DNA from: an uncultured virus (IMG/VR IMGVR_UViG_3300013004_000031) | Lineage: Duplodnaviria > Heunggongvirae > Uroviricota > Caudoviricetes | Direction: 5' to 3' (one strand) | Virus record (IMG/VR): IMGVR_UViG_3300013004_000031 | Span: 62,001 to 121,814 of that record | Length of the DNA stretch: 59,814 nucleotides | Shown: positions 19,426-29,752 of the stretch, piece after piece | Layout: every line of letters begins with the position of its first letter | Position numbering within the stretch: position 1 is the stretch's first letter | The notes under the pieces: generated by a model | Told to the model about the DNA's origin: nothing | What the model saw: only the letters and a program-made list of their open reading frames with translations | Database searches by the model: none | Made by a program: the position numbers and the translations under genes

Positions 19426-21018
19426 ATGGCCGATAAAATTTACAGAAATAGGACGATACTAAACCAAAGGGGTGGCTCTTTGGTGATTACAAACACAACC
19501 GATCAGGAGAGCATTCAGCTTTCCCAAAGATCGGGAAGCAATGTTCTGATGAACAATCTGGTCAATTCAGAACTTGCCACTAACAACAAGCAAACCCATG
19601 TCATCAATGATAATTTTGAGACTGTTCTGAATGATGATAATAAATTCGTAAAAGGCGTTCAGACCAATCGTGTGGGAAATACCAGATATGATTTCAAGGG
19701 GTTCCTGAAAGACGAGGAATTTGATGCTTACCAGCAATGGAAAGACACTTTTAATTCGGTGGCATTGGTAAATTCCAAATTCAAAATCAAACGGGGAGGA
19801 GTATCCGGCCCGAATGGTGTGGATACTGATTTGGAAGGAGAACGTGCGGACAATCCGGTGATCGGTTCCAAGGTCTATGTTGTCGAGAATAAGTTCGGGG
19901 GGTATATAAAATTACCCCGAAGATTATCATCTACAGATGAAGTTACTGATTATTCCCCCGTTCCTGACCGTGGCAAGACCAAACCAGCGGAAGAAAAAGA
20001 TATAAAAGAGGAGGATATTTCCAAGAGTGCGGGAGAGCAAGGATCGAAAGCTCCCGGTGTTTTGGAATTTGGAGCAAATAAATCAGCAGCTACGGAGAAC
20101 GGGGAATGGGAGCCGGAAGAGGATGCCCAAAACATTGCTGATGCTGTATTGGCAATTCAGGAAGAACTCACTCCCATTGAAGAGAAGATGGGTGATGGGG
20201 GGGATGAACATATCATCGTCAAGAGAAACAAAATTGAAACGGTGGGAGCGATTTTCAATGATTACCCATCGGTTCGCATTGATGAAAAAGGGAGAAGTCA
20301 ACCATTTGAAATGTTGGTTGGTGATACGGGTGTATATAAAAACCATGATTACATTCCCCATGTGGAAGAAATAGATAATTCTTCCAATTTCCCTTGTGGA
20401 CAGGACACTAAGATTGTGGGCAATTCCTACAACCGTATCGTCGGTTCCGGTGGCATTTCCCTGAAGACCACGGGAGCCACCGAATTGGGGGGAGCCACTT
20501 TAAAAGCCGGATTCAAAAAAATAAATATTAATGCTTCCCATGGTGTCCACATTGGATCGGAGAACGCAATTGAATTGCAATCCATGAAAACCATCGTTCT
20601 CCGCACGAACAGGCAGGTTTATATCGAATCATCCCTTGGAGTTAAAAATAACTTAATTGTGGGGGGTGGTCTTGCCGTGGAGGGTCAGACATACCTCCAA
20701 GGCGTTACTGCCCCGCTGGAGGTGCAGCAGACGGAAAATACGCTGGTTTCCGGCAGGTTCGCCACAACCACTGATCGCAGCTTGTATATTGGGGACTGCG
20801 AAATTGCAGGAGAGTATTATCCCGTGTATGCCAGAGCCGCCGATGACCTGATTGTGACGTATCCCCATAGCCACCACTTCAACAACCTACCGTTGAAACT
20901 TATGGAAGCCAATGAGGACGTTCGGAAGGATGCCCACAAGAACGGTATCAATGTCCACAATTCGATTGCCCAAGCGTATCCTCAGATGCATGAGAAGAAG
21001 AAACCGCAAAAGGGCTAA
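19426..21018 (+). CDS. Baseplate spike, gp5 C-terminal-like (beta-helix)
   Basis: Follows the OB-fold gene; beta-repeat composition; HSHH metal-binding tip motif. Confidence 0.6.
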   Translation: MADKIYRNRTILNQRGGSLVITNTTDQESIQLSQRSGSNVLMNNLVNSELATNNKQTHVINDNFETVLNDDNKFVKGVQTNRVGNTRYDFKGFLKDEEFDAYQQWKDTFNSVALVNSKFKIKRGGVSGPNGVDTDLEGERADNPVIGSKVYVVENKFGGYIKLPRRLSSTDEVTDYSPVPDRGKTKPAEEKDIKEEDISKSAGEQGSKAPGVLEFGANKSAATENGEWEPEEDAQNIADAVLAIQEELTPIEEKMGDGGDEHIIVKRNKIETVGAIFNDYPSVRIDEKGRSQPFEMLVGDTGVYKNHDYIPHVEEIDNSSNFPCGQDTKIVGNSYNRIVGSGGISLKTTGATELGGATLKAGFKKININASHGVHIGSENAIELQSMKTIVLRTNRQVYIESSLGVKNNLIVGGGLAVEGQTYLQGVTAPLEVQQTENTLVSGRFATTTDRSLYIGDCEIAGEYYPVYARAADDLIVTYPHSHHFNNLPLKLMEANEDVRKDAHKNGINVHNSIAQAYPQMHEKKKPQKG

Positions 21019-22667
21019 CCTTCACAGGACTTACAATTCATGATCGATCTCGCCAAATCTTGGGAAGGATTTGAACTGCGACTGTAATATAAAGATTTAA
21101 TCCCCTGTTCCCAAGCGAAGATCATAAGCTGATTAATTTCCTTTGGTTTGGTTCCCGCTGGAATCATTAGGTTTAGCGATTGTCCTTGATCTAGATATTG
21201 ACCCCGTTGAGCAGCATGAACAACGATTTCTCGTTGGGAAATTTCTGCAAACGTCTTAAACACATCTTTCTCTTCTTGGGTTAAGAAATCTAGATGTTGA
21301 ACACTCCCCCCATGCGCCAAAATATCTTTCCAAACATCCTTGGTATTTTTATCTTTAGATTTCAATAATTCAATGAGATGTGGATTTTTATATGTGAATT
21401 TACCTTTTGCCAAATTCTTTACAAAGTAGTTGGAATTGAGAGGTTCGATGGATGGAGAGACTTGCCCCAAAATAAAACTGCTTGAAGTTGTTGGAGCCAC
21501 AGCCAACGTTGTAGTATTCCGTCTTCCATATCCTTTTAGGACTTCCGGTTCCCCGAACATTTGAGCCAATTCTTCCGTTGCCTTATCAGCACGTTCACGA
21601 ATCTTGGAAAAGATTTCAATATTCTCGAAATGTGCATCCATACTTTCCCAAGCGATCATCTTGGATTGGAGGTAATTGTGATAACCCAGAACTCCCATAC
21701 CTAATGCCCGATGATTCTTGGCAAATCTATGAGCAGCTTCCATCAATCTAATATCTGCGGTTTTTTCGATGAATTCGCTCATCACAGCGTCAAGGAACAT
21801 AATCAGCGTTTCGACAGCATCAGTATCTTTGATTTCATCCCACCAAAGCAGGTTCAACGACGATAAACAGCACACGAACGATTCTTCTCTGGTTGAAGGG
21901 AGAAAAATTTCAGTACACATGTTGGAACTATTGATTTTATAATCTTTATCTTTATAAACTTGTGGTTTCTGATTGTTTGCATTATCAGTGAAAAATACAT
22001 ACGGATAACCAGTTTCAGAACGTTTTTTGATAACAGCAGACCATCTACGTCTTTTTTCCTTATCACCTTCAACCATTGATTGCATCCATTCATCAGAAAC
22101 ACATACACCAATTGACATTTCTTGGATGGTATTACCTTCCGATCTAATTTTGATAAATTCATCAAAGTCATCATGATCAATTGGTAAATATGCAGCAAAG
22201 TGTCCTCTACGTGCGCTTCCTTGACTAACGATACTTGTTACAGTATCAAATAATTCCATACAACGCGCTGCACCTTCAGCAATTCCACCACCAGTGATTT
22301 TAGAACCGCGAGGACGAATATCCCCAAAATAACCAGAACATCCCCCACCAACTTTCGTCATCATCCCCACTTCTGCTTGTTTGAAGAGGAAATCTTCAAT
22401 ACTATCAGAAACGTGTGAATTGAAACATGAAATACCCAATCCACGTTTATTCCCAAAATTCATCCAAACGGGAGTTGCCAAACTATAATAACCCTTGGAC
22501 ATATAATCCTCGAATTTATCGGAAAATCCATCAACACCCAAGATTTTTTCGGCGGCATCAGCAATCTCTTTAATTCTCTCCAAAGGAGTCTGCCCCTCTT
22601 TCAAATATCCCTTCTCCAAAAATTTAACGGAGTCTTCGTTCAACCAATAGTATTTTTCTCTTGTCAT
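21015..22667 (-). CDS. nrdA: Ribonucleotide reductase class I alpha subunit
   Basis: SCF, GGG, SNMCTEI, APTTSSS, KSLYY and C-terminal CxxC; no ATP cone. Confidence 0.95.
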   Translation of the reverse strand: MTREKYYWLNEDSVKFLEKGYLKEGQTPLERIKEIADAAEKILGVDGFSDKFEDYMSKGYYSLATPVWMNFGNKRGLGISCFNSHVSDSIEDFLFKQAEVGMMTKVGGGCSGYFGDIRPRGSKITGGGIAEGAARCMELFDTVTSIVSQGSARRGHFAAYLPIDHDDFDEFIKIRSEGNTIQEMSIGVCVSDEWMQSMVEGDKEKRRRWSAVIKKRSETGYPYVFFTDNANNQKPQVYKDKDYKINSSNMCTEIFLPSTREESFVCCLSSLNLLWWDEIKDTDAVETLIMFLDAVMSEFIEKTADIRLMEAAHRFAKNHRALGMGVLGYHNYLQSKMIAWESMDAHFENIEIFSKIRERADKATEELAQMFGEPEVLKGYGRRNTTTLAVAPTTSSSFILGQVSPSIEPLNSNYFVKNLAKGKFTYKNPHLIELLKSKDKNTKDVWKDILAHGGSVQHLDFLTQEEKDVFKTFAEISQREIVVHAAQRGQYLDQGQSLNLMIPAGTKPKEINQLMIFAWEQGIKSLYYSRSSNPSQDLARSIMNCKSCEG

Positions 22668-22670
22668 ATA

Positions 22671-23645
22671 TTAAAATAGTTCATCTTCCTCATAACACTG
22701 CCCCTTTTTAGAATATTCCACACTTTTTGAATGGAAAAAATCTGTCATATTGGAACCCATCAATTCTTCTTCAAACCATGATGTTTCATCCAATAATACT
22801 TCATCAATATCAAAAACTTTTTTAAATCCAATCTGAACCAGAGATTCGTTGATCCTGTTTTTGATGAATTCCTTGAGAATTGGAGCAGTCAGTCCCTTTT
22901 CATCAATACCATTCACCATCCAGTCGATGATCTTCGATTCCGATATGAAAGCTTGTTCTGCTTCCTGTAAAATCTTGGTTTCCAATTCCTCATCAAAAAG
23001 CTCCGGTAGTTCCTCCCTAATGGTATTGATAATCTTAACACCTACCAACGCATGAATCATTTCTTCATTGCGGGTGTATCGAACCTGTTGATCAGTGTCT
23101 TTCAGGACACTCTTGTTCCGTCCGAACCAATTGATCACATAGAATTGAGAAAACAAGGATACGTTTTCCACAAACAATGTGAAAAGAATCAGGGCATAAA
23201 GATATTGTTTCTTGGAATCCTTATAGAAACGATGGGTATATTTTTTGAGATATTTCACTCTTCCCTGAATCCATTCCAATTTAAGGTTCTCTTCAAAAAC
23301 ATCCTCCATATCCAATACGGACAGGAGACGTTCGTATGCATTATTGTGGATCACCTCAACATTTGCCATCACAAATCCTAGATCAGACAAGGATGGGTGG
23401 GGGAGGTTGTCCCCAAGCTTTGCCCAAAATGTCTTTACCGCAACCTCAATCTGTCCAATGGCAGACAAGGTTCTCACAATGATTTCCCGTTCCTGATCCG
23501 TGAGTTGTGTCTTGAATTGATGAAGATCGCTTTTGAAAGAGAATTCCTTGTCAGTCCAAAAACCATTGTGCATTGCTTCAATGAATTTTTCTGTCCACGG
23601 GTATTTGTTTGGTTTCCTGCTTATCTGTTCGTCAAAAATGCTCAT
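22671..23645 (-). CDS. nrdB: Ribonucleotide reductase class I beta subunit
   Basis: FW, EVIHNNAY, VENVSLFSQF, EEMIH, DFF motifs. Confidence 0.95.
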   Translation of the reverse strand: MSIFDEQISRKPNKYPWTEKFIEAMHNGFWTDKEFSFKSDLHQFKTQLTDQEREIIVRTLSAIGQIEVAVKTFWAKLGDNLPHPSLSDLGFVMANVEVIHNNAYERLLSVLDMEDVFEENLKLEWIQGRVKYLKKYTHRFYKDSKKQYLYALILFTLFVENVSLFSQFYVINWFGRNKSVLKDTDQQVRYTRNEEMIHALVGVKIINTIREELPELFDEELETKILQEAEQAFISESKIIDWMVNGIDEKGLTAPILKEFIKNRINESLVQIGFKKVFDIDEVLLDETSWFEEELMGSNMTDFFHSKSVEYSKKGQCYEEDELF

Positions 23646-23744
23646 ATCGCCTGATTATTTATTCCCCACTTTCGTTGTTTCTCTTTCTTGATTTTGGTTG
23701 TTCGCCACGCTAAATACTGGCATAGCTTTTCCAAAAATCAAGCC

Positions 23745-24386
23745 TTAAACGATCTCATCAACGATTCCGTATTGGAGGCATTCCTCTGCATTGAGCCAGA
23801 TGTCCCGCTTCAAAAGTTCATCCAATTTCTTCATGGGAAGCTTGGTATTCTTTTTATAGAAATCTTTCAAAAGTTTCATCAGATTGGTGCAATTGAAAAT
23901 CTCATCCTCCATCTCCGAGAACTTTCCATAAACACCGGAACTCAATTGGTGGATCAAAAGATGAGCATGTTGTCCCATGTATCTCTTGCTACCAATGGCG
24001 GAAACCAAGGTTCCTGCACTTGCCACACTACCATCAATGTGGGTATGGACTTTGGATTTCAGTCTGCGGATGGTATCCACGGTGGAGAATGCTGCAAAGA
24101 TACTACCACCAAAGGTATTCAGGTGAAGATGGATGGTGGATTCATACGCACCGTCTAAAGCAAGTTCCATGCTTTGAAGCTTCAAATCTGTTTCTAAAAG
24201 AACCCTATTCAATTCTAACATCGCCCCCTCATTAACATCAGCATAAAATAAAATTTTATTATTGATGACTCTAATACCTTGAGGATATTGAGTTTCTTCA
24301 TTATCAGAAGAATTTATGATAATCTGGGGCATTTGGAATGCATTCATGTTCTCCTTCTCCTCTTCGTTTCGGTAACGCCACTTCAT
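23745..24386 (-). CDS. clpP: ClpP-like (S14) protease
   Basis: NTFGGS, ASAGT, LIHQ, RDIWLNAEECLQYGIVDEI. Confidence 0.9.
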   Translation of the reverse strand: MKWRYRNEEEKENMNAFQMPQIIINSSDNEETQYPQGIRVINNKILFYADVNEGAMLELNRVLLETDLKLQSMELALDGAYESTIHLHLNTFGGSIFAAFSTVDTIRRLKSKVHTHIDGSVASAGTLVSAIGSKRYMGQHAHLLIHQLSSGVYGKFSEMEDEIFNCTNLMKLLKDFYKKNTKLPMKKLDELLKRDIWLNAEECLQYGIVDEIV

Positions 24387-24433
24387 GTATAATACTTAAC
24401 ACAGAAATCGGGGTTCGCAATCTAAATACTAAT

Positions 24434-24739
24434 GTGGATCAAGAATTAAAAAACATCTATTCCGATATTATTTTGGAATACCAATCGGGTTTCAATCCTC
24501 CCCAAAGGGTTCCCAAGCAAGCGGTTCCCGATGAAGCTGGGGGTAAATTATCATATGGTAAGATTAAAATGGGAATGGTCAACACTCCAGTAACTACCAA
24601 TGTCTATGGGGAACAGGAGGAGGAAGCTGAAGGTATTTTAAAAATTATTCAGGATGTGGAATCGGAATATCGGGGGGATTCTCCCATAAATAATGCCGTG
24701 AGATTGGCATTCGGCAAATTAAAGGAAAAATTGGCATGA
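24434..24739 (+). CDS. Hypothetical late protein
   Basis: TAAATA-N5-GTG, in frame with ORF 24338..24739. Confidence 0.65.
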   Translation: MDQELKNIYSDIILEYQSGFNPPQRVPKQAVPDEAGGKLSYGKIKMGMVNTPVTTNVYGEQEEEAEGILKIIQDVESEYRGDSPINNAVRLAFGKLKEKLA

Positions 24740-24987
24740 ACAAGGATCAGGAAATATTGGAAGAGATGGTGAGGGAAATTATCGAGGAAATTGCCAAACA
24801 TGGTAAGACCCGCAAGTTATATGAGCTTTTGGATGATGCCGTGAAAAAAGGATTTGTGAAATACGTCGAGAAAAATGGGAAGATTATGGTGAAGTCCCTG
24901 AAAGATGATCGCCAATATCTAGCTCATCTTGGGGAAGTTGCAGTTGATCCCGTTTTTCGTTTTCTGAAAAAGCTTGGATATAATTGA
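24736..24987 (+). CDS. Hypothetical protein
   Basis: ATGA-coupled 83-aa ORF. Confidence 0.65.
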   Translation: MNKDQEILEEMVREIIEEIAKHGKTRKLYELLDDAVKKGFVKYVEKNGKIMVKSLKDDRQYLAHLGEVAVDPVFRFLKKLGYN

Positions 24988-24988
24988 T

Positions 24989-25657
24989 TTATTGAAGATT
25001 TTTATTGTTTATGGAGATTTTTTTATCTTCTTTAGATTTTAGAAGATTTTCTATACCCCATAACGGGCGAAGATTTACATAATTAAAACATTTGAATTGT
25101 TCTTCAGGGATGGATAAATCAAAAGAACAACAAGGAATAATGTGATCAATATGCCACTCACCATAATTATCCCATGACATATTTTCTTGAAATTGATTTT
25201 GAAGATGCAGCTTAAAAAAATCTACATCACAACCAAGTAATTCTATTGTCGATTTCGACTTACATTTCCCATGTAAAGCTCTTCTAATTCTTATTCTTAA
25301 ACGTTCAGATAAAACATGGTTTATATTATGTTTTCCTCTGCTGTGATACCATTTATTGATATTTCTCCTCTGAGAACCAGATTCTTTTCGCTGTTTATAT
25401 ACAGCATCCCAATTATTTTTCCGCCACTCTTGATTTCTTTCATATACCTTTTTTCTATTTTTTTCAGTATATCTTCTTTGGCTTTCTAAGTCTTTTTGTT
25501 TATATTCTGGATTGTTTCGATAAAAGGTTTTCGATTCCTTATCATATTTTCTTTTAATTTCCAATTGTTCGGGAGTCATGTCTTTTCGTGGTAGATTCCA
25601 CCATAATGATACTCCTTCTGGGAATTTTGGTCGTTGTATTTCGATATCATCTTGCAT
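24989..25657 (-). CDS. HNH homing endonuclease
   Basis: MSWDNYGEWHIDHIIPC...NLRPLW..EN; TAAATA-N5-ATG at 25657. Confidence 0.85.
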   Translation of the reverse strand: MQDDIEIQRPKFPEGVSLWWNLPRKDMTPEQLEIKRKYDKESKTFYRNNPEYKQKDLESQRRYTEKNRKKVYERNQEWRKNNWDAVYKQRKESGSQRRNINKWYHSRGKHNINHVLSERLRIRIRRALHGKCKSKSTIELLGCDVDFFKLHLQNQFQENMSWDNYGEWHIDHIIPCCSFDLSIPEEQFKCFNYVNLRPLWGIENLLKSKEDKKISINNKNLQ

Positions 25658-25693
25658 AATCATATTTAACATGATTATGACAATATGCAACAA

Positions 25694-26272
25694 CTACCGA
25701 TTCACTGCTTCGTGGTGCATTGCATCGTATCCCCAAAAAGCACCAGCGGCAATCCACCCCTCACGGGCAAAGCATTCCATAATCTCCAATGGCATATCTG
25801 ATTTCATTGGCCAGCTATCGCGGAAAGTATTATCATCGGCATCCAAATCAATGGCAGCACCATAGGCATGTAGAGAATAAGAAGAACCTCCACGCTTCAA
25901 GCGGAAATTGAAAACGCCCCCATAATCTTCAGCTTCATCTTTAATATCTGGATATTTTGGAATTATATCCTTAATGTTGTTCAATACCCTCAAAAGAGAA
26001 TCCACACATTTCTTATTAACACGGGTTTTAGTAACCAATTTACCACCATAATACATTGGGTATGGAAAGTTGATCATTACGAGATTTGATTCGTCTCCGG
26101 GTTTTCCGTAAAATTTAGTTAAGGATGCTTGATCACTTTTTGGCCATGGGTTGTTCTTAGGCATCAGAGAGCGTAGATATGTTTTACATGCGGCTTGTGA
26201 TTTCGGACCCCAAAATCCATCAACAGTTGTTCCGATTTTTTTCTGCATTTTTTTAATTTCATCGCTATTCAT
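25694..26272 (-). CDS. Endolysin, M15-family peptidase with a short peptidoglycan-binding N-terminus
   Basis: VDGFWGPKS; FNFR...SLHAYGAAIDLD...DAMH. Confidence 0.85.
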   Translation of the reverse strand: MNSDEIKKMQKKIGTTVDGFWGPKSQAACKTYLRSLMPKNNPWPKSDQASLTKFYGKPGDESNLVMINFPYPMYYGGKLVTKTRVNKKCVDSLLRVLNNIKDIIPKYPDIKDEAEDYGGVFNFRLKRGGSSYSLHAYGAAIDLDADDNTFRDSWPMKSDMPLEIMECFAREGWIAAGAFWGYDAMHHEAVNR

Positions 26273-26280
26273 AAAAATAC

Positions 26281-26688
26281 TTAGTCCAATCCATATTTTT
26301 CAAATCTCTTTTTCCAGATAAAATAAGAACCCGCAACAACAGCAGAATAAATCGTCCATCTCATGGGAAGAGATACCCCAGCCTCTTTCATCAATTCTAA
26401 AAACATCCAGTTGGATTCCTTCCAAGTGAATTTGTCGTTGAATGGAGAGAAGCACCAATCATGAATCAGAGCCGCTGGAAAAGCTCCTCCAAATGGCCCG
26501 ACAATTGGCCAAGCGAATTTCGGGGAACTGATCCCATCAGTGATGAATCCTTTCTTTACGGTGATGAGATGATTCTTATAAAAACAGCGAAAATTCTCCC
26601 CCAACTCAAATTTTCGGGTTCCTTTATGGATACCCAAATCTTTCAGATATATCGTATCAGGAAAGGTGTTTTTATTAACGGTGGTCAT
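26281..26688 (-). CDS. DUF1353-like protein
   Basis: VKKGFITDGIS.P...AALIHDW. Confidence 0.8.
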   Translation of the reverse strand: MTTVNKNTFPDTIYLKDLGIHKGTRKFELGENFRCFYKNHLITVKKGFITDGISSPKFAWPIVGPFGGAFPAALIHDWCFSPFNDKFTWKESNWMFLELMKEAGVSLPMRWTIYSAVVAGSYFIWKKRFEKYGLD

Positions 26689-26736
26689 AATAATATTTAG
26701 CTTGACATTGGGAAATATTTTATTATAGTGATGGAA

Positions 26737-27372
26737 ATGAAAGCAGAACTAATGAATTATTTTGGAGACGATTTAATGATCGTCAATGCGGCTAGAGTTT
26801 CTTTTGGGAAAAATAAAAATATTTTGGATGAGAAAGATGAAAAGCTGATCAAGTATTTAGTGGAGCATAAACACACAGCACCTTTTCGACATCCCCAATT
26901 ACAATTCAGAATTGAATGTCCTATCTTTGTGGAACGACAGCTTTTCAAACATCAGGTAGGATTATCAGCCAACAGTATTAGTGGTAGATATGTGGATTTC
27001 TCCGATAATTATTATCATGTTGAGGAGCTTAGACAACAATCGTCTTCGTCCAAACAAGGGAGTGATGGGTTGTTGAATAGACCGGATTTGATTAGCCAAA
27101 TGGATCATCATATTACATTGGGTAAGAAATTGTATAAGGAATTGTGTGATGCTGGTGTTGCCAAAGAACAAGCTAGAGTTATCCTGCCGCTTTGTTTGGA
27201 GACGCAATTTATCTGGACTGGATCGTTGTTGGCATTCATTCATATGTGGAAATTGCGGTTGAAAAGTGACACCCAACAAGAAACAAGAGAAATTGCCCAA
27301 CAGATGTTTGATCTTGTTAAAAACATCGAGGGGAACCCGTTTGAACACACTTTAAACGCTTGGGGATATTAA
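26737..27372 (+). CDS. thyX: Flavin-dependent thymidylate synthase
   Basis: VNAARVSF, HTAPF, RQLFKHQVG..NSISGRY, KEQARVILP; start could also be 26728 or 26731. Confidence 0.92.
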   Translation: MKAELMNYFGDDLMIVNAARVSFGKNKNILDEKDEKLIKYLVEHKHTAPFRHPQLQFRIECPIFVERQLFKHQVGLSANSISGRYVDFSDNYYHVEELRQQSSSSKQGSDGLLNRPDLISQMDHHITLGKKLYKELCDAGVAKEQARVILPLCLETQFIWTGSLLAFIHMWKLRLKSDTQQETREIAQQMFDLVKNIEGNPFEHTLNAWGY

Positions 27373-27373
27373 T

Positions 27374-27751
27374 ATGATTACAATATTAGCAGGATCAAGA
27401 GAGGGTGTCCATTACGATGATATCCTAAAAGCCATGGAAACCTGCCCATGGTCGCCCACAGAAGTCGTGTCAGGCAAAGCCCGTGGGGTTGATACTATGG
27501 GAGAACAGTGGGCAATGGAAAATAATATTCCAATTAAAGAATTTCCTGCCGATTGGAAAAATCTAGGGAGGTCTGCTGGATATCGTAGAAATGAACAAAT
27601 GGGAGATTATGCCGATGCTCTCATAGCTGTGTGGGATGGCTCAAGTAGAGGAACTGCACACATGATCAAATATGCCAAAGAAAAAGGTTTGAAAGTGTTT
27701 GTCCATGATTTAAGTAAAATCAATGAATACAAATTTCAAGATTGGATATAA
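27374..27751 (+). CDS. SLOG/YspA-like (DUF2493) protein
   Basis: GSR, VVSGKARGVD, ADW...AGYRRN, WDGSSRGT. Confidence 0.85.
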   Translation: MITILAGSREGVHYDDILKAMETCPWSPTEVVSGKARGVDTMGEQWAMENNIPIKEFPADWKNLGRSAGYRRNEQMGDYADALIAVWDGSSRGTAHMIKYAKEKGLKVFVHDLSKINEYKFQDWI

Positions 27752-27908
27752 AGTTCAAGACCCGAAATGGGGGATGTGTGAGATTGGAAGTGAGGGTTCT
27801 ATGATTGAAAGTGGGGAGATTGCTTATGTGGCAATTCCTCTTGAAGAAAGATATAAAGGTTGGGGTAAATTTTGTTTACTTGAAAAAGATTTGGAACTCA
27901 TTAAATAA
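27723..27908 (+). CDS. Hypothetical protein
   Basis: 61-aa ORF in operon context. Confidence 0.5.
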   Translation: MNTNFKIGYKVQDPKWGMCEIGSEGSMIESGEIAYVAIPLEERYKGWGKFCLLEKDLELIK

Positions 27909-27914
27909 TTTCGT

Positions 27915-28113
27915 TATGATTAAAATTCTAAAAAATAATAGTGTTCAATTGTGCTGCAAAGGAAAAAGTTGCCCTATCGTTACTGAACTTGCTGATGGAA
28001 TGGTGGAGATTGTGGATGATAACGGCAATCGTATCGTAGTCCGCAAGGAAGAAGCCCTCTTGATTTCCGATGGGGTGAAAACGATTGATAGTCAGAAATT
28101 GATCCTTGGATGA
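27915..28113 (+). CDS. Hypothetical protein
   Basis: MIKILKNN start near 27915-27916 downstream of TAAATA; exact start base uncertain. Confidence 0.55.
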
Positions 28114-28418
28114 GCCTTTGGTTTCAATCATTTGTTTTAATTGGCTGTTGTTTGATCCTGAAATACGGATCAATCCTTGAGCCTATTCGTGTCTTTCTCA
28201 GACAATGGGAATTCTTTGAAAAGCTTCTCAAGTGCTGTATGTGTATGGGCTTTTGGGTGGGAGTATTCTTTGGAATATTCTGGTCTGCCCACATTTGGGA
28301 GATTCCGCTTTGGGGATTCTACGCATCTGTAATCTGCTGGTTTGCAGACTATCTGACGATGGTGCTTGACAAATATCTGGATGATGGTAAAGTGGAGGAT
28401 GAAGAAATTACCAAATAA
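28110..28418 (+). CDS. Membrane protein, DUF1360-like
   Basis: TM helices around LLKCCMCMGFWVG. Confidence 0.65.
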   Translation: MSLWFQSFVLIGCCLILKYGSILEPIRVFLRQWEFFEKLLKCCMCMGFWVGVFFGIFWSAHIWEIPLWGFYASVICWFADYLTMVLDKYLDDGKVEDEEITK

Positions 28419-28704
28419 TTTTCATCAGAAAACGATTGAAGAAAAATCACAGTATTTTCATTCTTTATCTGACAAAGATGTGTATGATTTATCACCATCT
28501 ATGTCTTTTATATTTTATAAAACCAATAACATCGAGGGATGTTTATATGATGGATGGTATTATGATAAGGTTGTAATTAATAAAAATGCCTCAACATATC
28601 AACAAAAATTAATTTGTAAGGTAGTGGAAAAATATTATGGGTTTTTGAAATGGGATGACATATTGGGATCGCAAAAAATAGTTAATCACATTAAAACATT
28701 ATGA
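28366..28704 (+). CDS. Hypothetical protein
   Basis: ORF in operon; true start probably MKKLPNN (about 28399). Confidence 0.55.
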   Translation: MTNIWMMVKWRMKKLPNNFHQKTIEEKSQYFHSLSDKDVYDLSPSMSFIFYKTNNIEGCLYDGWYYDKVVINKNASTYQQKLICKVVEKYYGFLKWDDILGSQKIVNHIKTL

Positions 28705-28987
28705 ATAAAAAACATCCACATTATAAGGCAACTGTTGTGAGATACAGAGGGATCGGTGGCGGATTTAAAATTAAATGCAAAGACGGATCATTGTCTGATG
28801 AAACATACGGAACTAGGAAAGGTGCGGAGAAAATGATCAACGGAACATTTGGAAGTGCTGGAGGTATTAGATGAAAACAAAGGAAGAGCTTTTAGAGGAA
28901 TGGAAAGATGATGATAATGTGGAAGGTGAATGAGTGTAAGAATGCTGGATTAAAAACTAGATTATTATAAAGTGATTAAATAATCAA

Positions 28988-29752
28988 ATGGAAAGCTTCA
29001 AGACATTTTACGAAAAATTTGTAAACGGGGAACTCCCCCCAACCAACCGTAGGCGTAGGATGCTTCTGGAGGCGCAATACACTTACCCATCCACCGGAGA
29101 TAAGGCGATAATGGATTTATATGCCTTATATGCCCTGTGGTGGGAGCTTGGAGGGGGTAAGGCTTCTTATGGCTACGAAGACACCAACGTTCGCAATTAT
29201 AAGGTCAGGGAAAAGGTTGACCGCTATTTTGAGGAAGCTCTGGTGGTTATTTCCAATACCCTTTTGGAAGAATCCAAGGAAGCCATTGCAGATGAAGCTG
29301 AAAATATCTTCGACGAATACCTAATCCCCTCTCAAGTGGTGGTGGATTGGTTTAAGGAAAATGATATGATGCCAAAATTGGCAAAAGCTTATAATGGCGG
29401 TAAAGGGGGAATTTGGTTCTCCGTGTTTGATTATGGGGATACCCTTGATATATTATCCGCGCCATTTTGGGAACAATATGCAAATCTTTATGGTGGGGAT
29501 AAATGGGTGACTATTACGGAAACCACCCGCCAACTGGATAATGCTATTCGTAGGGAGAAGGTTCAAAATCTTATGAACGCCTTTGTCAAATTCATGGACT
29601 TGGAACACAATACTGGAAGTCTTTATTCCAAACTTAAAAGAATGAAAGTATCCAAGGAAACACTTGATCTTCGGGCGGGGTTCCGTTCAGCGGAGGATTT
29701 TAAACCGCATGTCAGTCCCCAAGTGGCGAAGCTGATTGGGCTTGTGAGATAA
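28988..29752 (+). CDS. Hypothetical late protein
   Basis: 254 aa; TAAATA-N5-ATG. Confidence 0.8.
   Translation: MESFKTFYEKFVNGELPPTNRRRRMLLEAQYTYPSTGDKAIMDLYALYALWWELGGGKASYGYEDTNVRNYKVREKVDRYFEEALVVISNTLLEESKEAIADEAENIFDEYLIPSQVVVDWFKENDMMPKLAKAYNGGKGGIWFSVFDYGDTLDILSAPFWEQYANLYGGDKWVTITETTRQLDNAIRREKVQNLMNAFVKFMDLEHNTGSLYSKLKRMKVSKETLDLRAGFRSAEDFKPHVSPQVAKLIGLVR

Noticed and set aside
21015..23645. Introns or inteins in nrdA/nrdB
   Set aside because: Both ORFs are continuous and compact with no insertion.
23688..24158. 156-aa plus-strand ORF
   Set aside because: Antisense shadow of the ClpP-like gene.
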